Shown one piece after another: positions 42,264-51,267 of a stretch of DNA of 64,000 bases. Source of the DNA: a virus (lineage: Duplodnaviria; Caudoviricetes). How positions within the stretch are numbered: the stretch's first letter is position 1; every line of letters starts with the position of its first letter. Both the position numbers and the translations under genes were made by a program. The notes under the pieces are model-generated. The model searched no databases, was not told where the DNA came from, and saw nothing but the letters and a program-made list of their open reading frames with translations. The DNA lies in the IMG/VR virus record IMGVR_UViG_3300021255_004000, positions 160,001-224,000 of that record, one strand, 5' to 3'.

Positions 42264-42832
42264 TATTTACCTCCAATGATTTCATTCAGTGTTTTTGGTC
42301 CCCACTCCATAGCAGGGCACATAATACCAACATTGTACATTTTGACTTCGTGGCCGACAACATCTTCGTAATCTTTCTTCCACTTTTCAATCATATCACA
42401 GTCGTGCGGATTTGTATGCACGTGACCGTAAAGGTGAACAGTATGACCGTGATAAACACCATCGAACATAAAGATCGGATAGTGTGAAAGAATTACAGTG
42501 TTGCCTGCGTTGTCGATATGTTTGTGGTAACCTTCGTACACATCAACAAACTGTCTGCGAAGTTCTTCGTTCTTCCACAACTTATAGTCGTGGTTGCCTG
42601 TAACCCAATGCTTTTTGCCGCGAAGGCGAGCAATCAAGCAGCGTGTTTCATAAGGATTTGTCCAAGAAATATCACCAAGAATCCAAACATCGTCTTCATC
42701 TGAAACGCGTTCATTCCAAATACGAATGATTGCTTCGTTCATTTCGTTAATGTCTTTCCAAGGACGATTGTCAAAATTGATTGCATTTGCGTGTGAGAGA
42801 TGCAAATCTGAAATATAAAACTCTTTACCCAT
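42263..42832 (-). CDS. Calcineurin-like metallophosphoesterase
   Basis: SDLH, LGD, GNHD, SHYP, HLYGHVH, NVG; stop overlaps the pncA start. Confidence 0.85.
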   Translation of the reverse strand: MGKEFYISDLHLSHANAINFDNRPWKDINEMNEAIIRIWNERVSDEDDVWILGDISWTNPYETRCLIARLRGKKHWVTGNHDYKLWKNEELRRQFVDVYEGYHKHIDNAGNTVILSHYPIFMFDGVYHGHTVHLYGHVHTNPHDCDMIEKWKKDYEDVVGHEVKMYNVGIMCPAMEWGPKTLNEIIGGK

Positions 42833-42847
42833 AATTGTATATTAACC

Positions 42848-43587
42848 TCAGTACTCTTTCAGCTTTTCTTCCAATGCAGATTTTGCTTTCAATTCTTCAA
42901 AGTTGTCAGGTGTAATAACAACACAATGAATGCAGTGGTCAAAGCCTTCAACTTTCTTATCAAAGCAATGTCTGTTGCCTGACTTAATCTGCTTCTTTGT
43001 TACGAAACAGCGATGTTTTTCGCAATAGCAGGCAAGGTTTTCTTTGTACCCAATCCCGTTGTTTAATGTCAACACATAATCTTTTTTGTATTCAGGATTA
43101 AACTTAAGATCGTTAAAGTCCATTTTTAGTCCTCCTTTATCAGATTGTAGCCGCCGTCAACCCAAGTAATGTTTCCATCAACTCTTGAAAGTCCCTGTGC
43201 GCCGTCAATGTCATATACATAATCGACCAATTTGTCAAGGTCGAATGCATTTCTTGGAAAGTTGATGAAACCATATTCATCAGTAAGCTTTTCAACAATT
43301 TCGTTATCAGAGAGATCAGAGAATGTATCACTGTCTTCGATACGGAAGTCGTTGATGTAAACCTCATCGAAGAAGTTGATTAAGCCGCCGTTGTCAGCAA
43401 CAAACTTGTTCAAGCTTTCATCAGAGTAATCATTTTCAAAAAGCTCTCTGATATCTTTGCGAGCTGCTTCCTCAAGTTCGTCATCATCGTAGCATTTGTA
43501 AGTGTCCCCGTTGATAGTGAAAGTTGTATCATCGATCTGCTCGATGTCACCTTCATATTGATTCTTTAGGGCTTCAAGCTTATCCAT
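42848..43587 (-). other. Two hypothetical early genes (42848-43123, 43126-43587 very acidic)
   Basis: GGAGG RBSs, downstream of class I promoter copy 7. Confidence 0.6.
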
Positions 43588-43607
43588 AGTTTCCTCCTTT
43601 GAGTTTG

Positions 43608-43646
43608 TTACAGTAATAATATAAAAGACTTTAACTCAAAGTTCAA
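43608..43646 (-). promoter_or_regulatory. Class I promoter, copy 7
   Basis: TTGAAC-N17-TATATT..TGTAA. Confidence 0.8.
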
Positions 43647-44403
43647 TAAAAATCTGCAACTTCTTCAATTTCCCAAGTATTATCATCAATGTCAATTCTT
43701 ATAATAAAATGCAACTTGTCAGTTGACATTTCATCTGTCAAATTATAATCATATACATAAGGTCGGCTGTCCCAATCAAGAAGGTACATACCTACACTGT
43801 AATCGTGAACATTTTCATCAGAGTTTTTATGGAAACGAGTAACGATTCGCCAGCATTTATCGCCAACTTTCCATTCATTTACGCCTCTGTAATTTATTAC
43901 ATCAAAATGTGTCTCAAGATCACTGAATGAAATGTTTGCTCCAAGATAATTGTTGATTGCGGAAAAGATTGCTGACTCATCTACGGAACGCCATAAAGTG
44001 TTTGAAGGTATTTCGCCTTTCATTCAAAAAATCTCCAAGTGTCGTCATCATAAAGAACAATCAAAACATCACTTCTGTCAATAACACCTTCATTCTTAAG
44101 TCTTGTTTCCAATATGTCAGGAGCGTTTTCAGACTTATAAAGATTGAAGAAAGCGTGAAACCTGTTATCGGTTCCACCAAGTGACGTGACAACTATAACC
44201 CAAACAAAGTTTTCATCTTCACTCCAAAGTCGAAAAAGATAGCAACCGTTGTTGAAGAAGTTGGAAGCATTCTTTCCAAGTTCAATGGACTTACCAAGAT
44301 AGTCACTAATTGCTGCTATCATAAGATTATACATTTTACTAGTCAAAGATGGACACCTCCTTTCCATCAAAGTATGTTGGGTCAATGTCGAGAACTTTTT
44401 CAA
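43643..44403 (-). other. Tandem paralogous hypothetical genes (43643-44023, 44020-44403)
   Basis: Shared AI..YLG..I and DD.TW motifs. Confidence 0.55.
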
Positions 44404-44495
44404 ACCACTCTTTGAAGCCTTTGTAAGATGGATTGTGGAAGTTGGTTCTCATCCAACATTTGATTCTTAATGTCAGACGTTCTTCGTCAGTCATA

Positions 44496-45233
44496 TTACA
44501 GTCCCCAAGTCAGTTTCTTATTCGGATTGTTTGTACGAATTACAATAAGCTTTCTAGGTGACTTGTTGTTTACAGTTTCAGGCTCGATTGATGTTACAAC
44601 AAAAGGAACCATCCAAGTTTGATTCTGATACATTACAACATCTCCAATCTCAATAGGAACATTGTAACGATCTTTGTGAACGACAGCAGCAATCTTCTTT
44701 TTATAAACATCTTCAGTCATCTTGATGTAGGCAGCAGATGTTTTGAAGTCATAGATGTCATAATTAAGATTCAGCAACTGATTGAAAACCAAACGAGCAA
44801 CTTCATTGCTTTCCACATCGACATATGTGTAGTCATCTTCACTGAATGAGATCCACTTCATTGTAATTTTATCAACAGTGATGAAGTCATCTTCAGAGAT
44901 TGTAAATCTTCTTCCGCTCCAACTGTTATAAGAGTACTTCCCAGGCTCGCTATAATCTTCATAGAAGTCTTTCTTAGGAATGTAATCATTTCCTGATTTG
45001 TAAACTTTTACGCTGCTTTTTGAAAATGTGTACAAAATTGGCTTTTCATAATTTTCATCATACTTGCCGCCAAGGTCAATATCCAACTGATCTGGGCAAC
45101 TTGGTAAGGCAAGATTTTCTCCAATGACTGAAGTTGTCCAGTACCTTACTTTGTCGCCGTTTGCTTTTTCCTGAGCAACACTAGTAAATGCTTTTGGGTC
45201 AATATAAACTGCCTGTCTTATCATTTTTACCAC
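44496..45233 (-). CDS. Hypothetical protein (paralog of the 25333-26058 C-terminal domain)
   Basis: DRYNVPIEIGDVV...PNKKLTW. Confidence 0.65.
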   Translation of the reverse strand: MVKMIRQAVYIDPKAFTSVAQEKANGDKVRYWTTSVIGENLALPSCPDQLDIDLGGKYDENYEKPILYTFSKSSVKVYKSGNDYIPKKDFYEDYSEPGKYSYNSWSGRRFTISEDDFITVDKITMKWISFSEDDYTYVDVESNEVARLVFNQLLNLNYDIYDFKTSAAYIKMTEDVYKKKIAAVVHKDRYNVPIEIGDVVMYQNQTWMVPFVVTSIEPETVNNKSPRKLIVIRTNNPNKKLTWGL

Positions 45234-45921
45234 TCCACTTTCATAAGTTCTGGGCCTTCATCTGCTCCGCAAACCCATCTTACTTTAAATCCTTTATCTT
45301 CAAAAGCTTTTGTCATAAAGTTTTCAAACTCTTCAACTTCGCTTTTTGTTGCTTTGTGTTTCCATATTTCTTGGAAATCAATTTCTGCGTTATTGTTTCC
45401 AAGATGAACAGCTGTTGCAATTAGAGCTGACATCTTCTTAAAGGACCCTTTGCGAAATCTTTCCAAATCTTCCGCATGCATTTTGTCAATATGTTCTCTT
45501 GCTTCTGATGCAGTAAACTGTTGGTTATCATACCTATGTTCAAGCAAGCTGACTAAACCAAGCGACGCAAAGAACAATAAAACTACTAAAATAATTATAA
45601 TCATATTTGTAGGTGTAACCTCCATATTACCAATCGCCCAAGGCCAAATCATTGTCAATCTCCTATCTTGGCGTTCGATGTCAATACAACATCAGGATTG
45701 TGCTCTTCAAGCGGCTGAATGAATGAAATGAAAACGCTTTCAGGAACATACCCAGTGTTGTCTTCAATCGCTTCCCTAATCACTGTCTTAAATGATTCCA
45801 TTGTTTCCCAGGACATTTCAATATGATCACCAGAAGTTTCACTTTCAATTCTCAGATCTCCGTGGCCTACACGACCACCTGAAAGATAGAAAACATACGA
45901 AACATAAAACAGTTTCTTCAT
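45227..45921 (-). other. Two hypothetical genes (45227-45658 TM-anchored, 45655-45921)
   Basis: Overlapping start/stop packing. Confidence 0.55.
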
Positions 45922-45922
45922 A

Positions 45923-46750
45923 TTAAGCCTCCATCATTTTGTAAAACTCTTCATATGTAATTGTTGCAATTCCGAGTTTCTCAGCCTTAACCATTTTTGC
46001 TGTTCCTGTTTCTGATGATACGAGGTATGAAAGTCCTTTCTTTACGCTTTCAACAGTTCCGCCAAGTTCAGCAACTTTTTCCTCGAGAAGTTTTCTTTTC
46101 TCTTCAGGCTTGAAGTCGTTTGAACCTGTGAAGCAGAATGAAAGCCCAGAAAACTTTCCACCTTCAACAACTTTTGCTTTATCTTCGATTGAAACAAGTT
46201 TGTAGCATTTTTCAATGTCTTCTTTGTTTTCAGCAATAAGGCTGACAAGTTCTTTTGCAGAGTTTTCAGTCCAGCCGTAAACATTTGCAATTTCAGGAAC
46301 AATGTTTAAGCCGTTTACAAGTTTCTGAAGATCAAAGCCTGCATCAACCAAAGACTGAATTGATCTTCGTCCATAACCATCAAGGTCAAATGATGCAAGG
46401 AAGTCAGCAGTTTTGAAAGGCTCTGCCATACGCTTTGCAAAGTTGCGGCGAATCTTTTCTGCATTTTTACCGCAAACATTGTCCAAAGAAGGACTGTTCA
46501 ATTTTGTAAGGAATTCATAGTTTGATGTGATGTTTTCTGCTTCGACAAAATCCTTAATGATAGCAGGTCCGATCTCAAGGACATTCCAAATGTTTGTCAA
46601 TTTTTGGATTTTGTGAAGTACTTTCTGTTCACAGGTAGGATTCGGGCAAAAAAGAACACCCGATTCATTTATTTCGAGAGCTGTCCCGCATACAGGACAG
46701 ATTGTAGGCATATTCCATTTATGTGATTTTGCGTATTCTGCGGCGTTCAT
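45923..46750 (-). CDS. ligA: NAD-dependent DNA ligase, C-terminal half (Zn finger, HhH, BRCT)
   Basis: PTICPVCG...LFCPNPTC Zn finger; EIGP, GYGR, GWTE HhH-like turns; GLSFCFTG..GG.V..SV..LSYLV...K..KAEKLGI BRCT. Confidence 0.88.
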   Translation of the reverse strand: MNAAEYAKSHKWNMPTICPVCGTALEINESGVLFCPNPTCEQKVLHKIQKLTNIWNVLEIGPAIIKDFVEAENITSNYEFLTKLNSPSLDNVCGKNAEKIRRNFAKRMAEPFKTADFLASFDLDGYGRRSIQSLVDAGFDLQKLVNGLNIVPEIANVYGWTENSAKELVSLIAENKEDIEKCYKLVSIEDKAKVVEGGKFSGLSFCFTGSNDFKPEEKRKLLEEKVAELGGTVESVKKGLSYLVSSETGTAKMVKAEKLGIATITYEEFYKMMEA

Positions 46751-46770
46751 AAGTTCCTCCGTTGTTCAAT

Positions 46771-46809
46771 TTACAAAAATAATATAAAAGAACAACGGAG
46801 AAAGTTCAA
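46771..46809 (-). promoter_or_regulatory. Class I promoter, copy 8 (ligase C-half)
   Basis: TTGAAC-N17-TATATT..TGTAA. Confidence 0.8.
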
Positions 46810-46816
46810 AAATATT

Positions 46817-48619
46817 TTATGCTACTTTGAAATAATTACAAATTGCATCATTTACACTAGAAATAAGCGCAAGGTCTTCTGGTGTTGTTTGTGACTTGTC
46901 TGAAACAAAACATTTATATTTCAAGCATTTTGTAACGAAGAGAGTGAACATCATTCTCTTTTTAAGGCCTTTGTCCAAACCATTTTTGAATGCAGAAATA
47001 AGTCTTATTACACAGTTGAAAGTATAATCAGCGCCTGGGCCATTAACATAATCGAGATATTCCTTAGTCAACTGATTGTATTCATCAAAAACTTTAATTA
47101 AGTTTCCACCACCAACAACACCTTCTGTCAAAGCTTCCAAGGCAGACATTGCTTCACCACATTTTCCACCGAAGCCTTTATCACCAATTTCAAGTTCAAG
47201 TTGTCCATCACCTTTTGTACCATCTGCTTTAATTGAACTCATTGATACCTTAAGACGAATACCTGGGATGCCATCAATCTTTGGCAAGTTGTCTTTATTG
47301 ATTTGCAAATCGTGATAGCCTGCTTCAGTCAATGTAAAGAATGGACGAACTCTTGAATATGAAACATTTCCGTCTTTCTCTTTTCCAGGGAGAGCCTTTA
47401 CAATATAAAGATCATCAATAGTTGTTTTATCTGAGAACTCTCCAGCGTAAACGCCAGCGACGTGACTTGTGTATTGAGAGAGTTTGTCATAAATCTTGAG
47501 TTCTGAGAATTTCACGTGTGCAGGACCTTTAGGAACTTTTTTCAATGAGATCGGCAAAATCCAACCCATAATTGTACAGATGTTCATATTGTAAATCAAA
47601 GACTGCTTTCTTTTTGAAAGTTGGTCTTCAGCAACATTGTCATCATCTGAAAGTAACTGCATTCTCAACATCTTAACTCTTTGTTTTCTTGTACCTGCTT
47701 TACCTTTAATAGCAGTAAAGTGATCATCATCTTTCAAGAAGTTGTCATACTCTGTTGTCTTAAATGAACCAGCACGGTTGTAAATCTTTTCGAGTTTTGA
47801 CTCATCATTTTCAGCATAAGCAGCAGCAGGAACTTCACCATATCTTAAAGCTTTATAAAGTTCGTCTTCGTGCTCACTGTCAACTAAGAAAATATCTGCA
47901 GGTTGAACATTGTCTTTGTTGCTCAAACCATAAGAACGATCATCAAACAAAAATCTGAAGTCGTGTTTTCCAAGTGGCTTCAAAAACTCGTGAACAGGAA
48001 TCCAATGTACATCTTTTGTTGCAGCTCTTGTATGCATCATACATTCTTTAATGATTGTATAATTTGAACAAGCAAGAATTGAGTTGTTCCACTCTTTGTT
48101 ATATACAACAGCATCAATAGTTGCTTGTGCAATAGGTACTGTTTTTGAAAGACCTTGATTATCAAAGTAATCAAGAAAGCCCTTAGTGCTTTTTGCTTTA
48201 ATACTTACATAAATATCTTCTTTACAGCAAGCAAGAGCAGTAAGTCCTTCCTGAACAGCTGTTATGCTGTTTGCCTCAAGGCCTGAGGCTTTGTCAGCTT
48301 TACAAAATCCTTTCCAAACGCCCCATTCATTCTTTTCACCAATATCAACGCCAATGCTCTTAAGTAATTCACCAAGTTTATCAACTGCTTCAGGTGAAAC
48401 AATGGTAGGGAGATTTTCTACTTCATCAACAATAGAACTTGCATCAATAATAACAGGTTCTGCGTCATCGCCATCTCTTGTATCAACATATCCTTTTTCA
48501 ATTATGTTGTTTCTTAAAGTCACATAGTAAGCGCCTGAATGCTTAGTCAGCAACTCGCTTCTTTTAACGTGTTGCTCTTCAATCTTTATAAGATTTTCAA
48601 AAAATAATTCCATTCCCAT
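46817..48619 (-). CDS. Hypothetical 600-aa protein, possible PD-(D/E)xK-like fold, probably late
   Basis: QE, PADIFL and ISLKK motifs; ACTAATT at 48625-48631. Confidence 0.5.
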   Translation of the reverse strand: MGMELFFENLIKIEEQHVKRSELLTKHSGAYYVTLRNNIIEKGYVDTRDGDDAEPVIIDASSIVDEVENLPTIVSPEAVDKLGELLKSIGVDIGEKNEWGVWKGFCKADKASGLEANSITAVQEGLTALACCKEDIYVSIKAKSTKGFLDYFDNQGLSKTVPIAQATIDAVVYNKEWNNSILACSNYTIIKECMMHTRAATKDVHWIPVHEFLKPLGKHDFRFLFDDRSYGLSNKDNVQPADIFLVDSEHEDELYKALRYGEVPAAAYAENDESKLEKIYNRAGSFKTTEYDNFLKDDDHFTAIKGKAGTRKQRVKMLRMQLLSDDDNVAEDQLSKRKQSLIYNMNICTIMGWILPISLKKVPKGPAHVKFSELKIYDKLSQYTSHVAGVYAGEFSDKTTIDDLYIVKALPGKEKDGNVSYSRVRPFFTLTEAGYHDLQINKDNLPKIDGIPGIRLKVSMSSIKADGTKGDGQLELEIGDKGFGGKCGEAMSALEALTEGVVGGGNLIKVFDEYNQLTKEYLDYVNGPGADYTFNCVIRLISAFKNGLDKGLKKRMMFTLFVTKCLKYKCFVSDKSQTTPEDLALISSVNDAICNYFKVA

Positions 48620-48634
48620 AATGTAATTAGTAAA

Positions 48635-48660
48635 AAAGGACAGGTTTTTGCCTGTCCTTT
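48635..48660 (-). terminator. Terminator after the AAA ATPase, followed by ACTAATT
   Basis: AAAGGACAGG..CCTGTCCTTT with T-tract on the minus strand. Confidence 0.75.
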
Positions 48661-48694
48661 ATAACTTTTATATTCCTTTATAACTTTTTATAAC

Positions 48695-49840
48695 TTAATA
48701 TGCACCGAAGTCAATGTGCTTTGAAACTGTCAAGCATTCAAGCTTGAGATTGTGTTTCTTACGGAATGTCTGATCTCCAGCAGAAATCCAAATGTCTCCG
48801 TCTTCATCCTTGAACTGTACCCAGTAAGGATCATTTACATCAACATCTGGGTAGAAGCCCTGCCATCTGTCAATCTGAATGTTACCTGTCGGAATAAGTG
48901 CAGGCTTGAGTGAAACTTCCCTAAACTTAAACTTAATGTAGCAGTAATCATTGAGCCAGCCTTTGCAAAGTCCTTTTGATGTGTTCCAAGTATCAGTTAC
49001 TGTGAACTGGTGTCCGTCAAGTGAGAATGTTGCAGCAATATCAATTTCCAACTTGCTTTCGCTGATGTTCATAATCTGAGCGATGTCTTCAACACTCATA
49101 GTTGGGAATGAGTTCATTTCTTTTACGATAGACTGAACGATGTCAAGCGACTGTACACGAGAACCACGCAAAACATCAACAACATCTTTAATGTCATCCC
49201 ATCTTGACTTAATCAAATTGTCTTTGCAGTACTCTTCGATTGCAGCTTCTGAAATGTTTTCATAGCGGAAATGATAGCGAATACGACCTGGGCGTGAAAT
49301 CAGATTTTCATTGAGAGAGAAAACATCGTTCACTGAAAGCAAGTACAAATTGTGTGAAAGTGATTTTGTACCGTCAAGCACTGAAAGCAATGATTCCTGT
49401 GGAGTCATACCTTCATCACCGTTCTTTTTGAACATCTTTTCAAATTCATCGAGAACAACAACACATTCTTTCAAGTCACTCAAAACATTAGGAAGCAAGT
49501 CTGTGTACTGATCTACAACGATGACAGGTCTTGTCTTAATGTAATGTTCAACAATAAGACGGATTGTCAATGATTTACCTAAACCTTTATTTCCAGAGAA
49601 TAAAGCTCCAACATTTTTGTCTTTTTCGATGTCGTAAGACTCCCAAACGTGCTTTGCAAAACTTTCTGCATCGCCGTAGATTTTACCGTGAGAAGTTTTG
49701 TAATCTTCCATCTTATAGAAGTAAGGCGCGTTGGTCATTGGACGGTAGCCGATGCCCCAAGCTCCAGCAGGAAGTTGGTCTACTGTTTTGAGAGCCTCAC
49801 CTTCAAAATAAGTTGCCTCATTGTTGGCTATGATGTACAT
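48695..49840 (-). CDS. AAA+ ATPase
   Basis: GNKGLGKS Walker A, VVLDEFEK Walker B, LLSVLDG, SRPGRI arginine finger. Confidence 0.85.
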   Translation of the reverse strand: MYIIANNEATYFEGEALKTVDQLPAGAWGIGYRPMTNAPYFYKMEDYKTSHGKIYGDAESFAKHVWESYDIEKDKNVGALFSGNKGLGKSLTIRLIVEHYIKTRPVIVVDQYTDLLPNVLSDLKECVVVLDEFEKMFKKNGDEGMTPQESLLSVLDGTKSLSHNLYLLSVNDVFSLNENLISRPGRIRYHFRYENISEAAIEEYCKDNLIKSRWDDIKDVVDVLRGSRVQSLDIVQSIVKEMNSFPTMSVEDIAQIMNISESKLEIDIAATFSLDGHQFTVTDTWNTSKGLCKGWLNDYCYIKFKFREVSLKPALIPTGNIQIDRWQGFYPDVDVNDPYWVQFKDEDGDIWISAGDQTFRKKHNLKLECLTVSKHIDFGAY

Positions 49841-49886
49841 TTATGTACCTCCAAAAAATATTTTAATCTTCTGTTATTATATTAAC

Positions 49887-50795
49887 TTAATTTGGCTTCC
49901 ACATAGGATTTTTATTTCTCATTCTTTGCTGTTGTTTGTAACTCATTTTTGTTTTAACAGGCTTTTGTTCTTCCTCATCTGCATCAAGCAATGACTGCAT
50001 TCTTGTCATAGCATCTTCATCACTCATATCCATTGTGATCATGCCTTTTGCTTTATTGCTTAACACTGGCTGAATATATGCGATTGCATCATTTACTGGT
50101 TCCATTGCAAACTCAGTAAACAGCTGAGGCCTATAAGGAATGCGGCTTTCACTGTCACCGTCTTTTATCTCTGGAATGTCTTCACCTTCAAAGAAATCAG
50201 GCCAAGCATCAAGAATTAAACTTATATCTTTTTCATTAAAATCTTCAACTTTAACATCTTGTTCTTTTAAGTAATCTTTAAACTCTTTTGCAGTACCACA
50301 CTTTTTAATAAAGTCTGAGAGTGAAATTGTGTTGAAAAGATCTGCTTTAATTAAAGAAATTGTAGAAATTCCACCGTGTGAAAATTGCCCATCATCTTCA
50401 TCAATCTTCTCATCAAAAAGCAGTCTGGCGTGTTCTTCATTTGCAGCCAATGCCTTCCTATAAGGCGTTACTTTTTTGCCGTTTAGATTTGTTCCCCACT
50501 TCTTTCCAAGTTCAACAGCTTTGTTCTGTGCTTCTTCTGCAGGAGTAAGTTTATACTTTTCAGCAAGTTCTTTTTTGATTTTGTCAAAGTCTGGAAAGTC
50601 AAACTGGATTGTCCAATCAGAGTGATCATCAGCTTCTGTAAGTTTACCACCAAGCAAACTTGCAACATCAGCAGAAACAACTTGTCGAGAAACGCCTCCT
50701 CGATCTATACTTTTTGACATATCTGGTATTTGTGACCAAGCGTCAAGAAAGTCTTTACTTCTTTTCACCACTATACTTTCATTGAATCTTTGCAT
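49887..50795 (-). CDS. Hypothetical protein, PxxFxG-module family
   Basis: EKDISLILDAWPDFFEGEDI. Confidence 0.6.
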   Translation of the reverse strand: MQRFNESIVVKRSKDFLDAWSQIPDMSKSIDRGGVSRQVVSADVASLLGGKLTEADDHSDWTIQFDFPDFDKIKKELAEKYKLTPAEEAQNKAVELGKKWGTNLNGKKVTPYRKALAANEEHARLLFDEKIDEDDGQFSHGGISTISLIKADLFNTISLSDFIKKCGTAKEFKDYLKEQDVKVEDFNEKDISLILDAWPDFFEGEDIPEIKDGDSESRIPYRPQLFTEFAMEPVNDAIAYIQPVLSNKAKGMITMDMSDEDAMTRMQSLLDADEEEQKPVKTKMSYKQQQRMRNKNPMWKPN

Positions 50796-50798
50796 TCG

Positions 50799-51206
50799 TT
50801 ACTCCATAAATTGTTCCATCTGTAAACCACCAGCCAAATATCCTGTAACTCTTTTTGGTAAACCTGTCGTCATAACTGGAATCATTGTACCATAAGTAAC
50901 AGATCCTTGTACATTAGTTTGAATTGCACCAGTTTTCTTTAATTCATATTTATAATACTCATCATAAGAGTCACAGTACTCAACTTCTTTATTTTCAAAA
51001 TATGTTGGCAGATAATCTATGATTTGTTCAGCATCTTCATAAGTAACAATAATTTTGCCATCTTTTGTCTGTCCCATAGTTGCATCAAGATATGCTTTCA
51101 AACTGTCTGTTGTGCCAAATGACATACTGCGAAACTTGATTGGGCCTGTGTTTCCAAATGAAGGAACAGGAGATGCTATTCTTCTTATACTTGACAATAT
51201 TCCCAT
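50799..51206 (-). CDS. Hypothetical protein, PxxFxG-module family
   Basis: KIIVTYEDAEQIIDYLPTYFENKEVEY. Confidence 0.6.
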   Translation of the reverse strand: MGILSSIRRIASPVPSFGNTGPIKFRSMSFGTTDSLKAYLDATMGQTKDGKIIVTYEDAEQIIDYLPTYFENKEVEYCDSYDEYYKYELKKTGAIQTNVQGSVTYGTMIPVMTTGLPKRVTGYLAGGLQMEQFME

Positions 51207-51267
51207 AATTGAATATTAACAAAAAAGGCGAGCCGAAGCCCGCCAGTAGAGTCCGAGACCCTAGGTT

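Noticed and set aside
48656-48696. Short TTATAACTT repeats downstream of the AAA ATPase
   Set aside because: Low-complexity AT-rich sequence seen once; no supportable function
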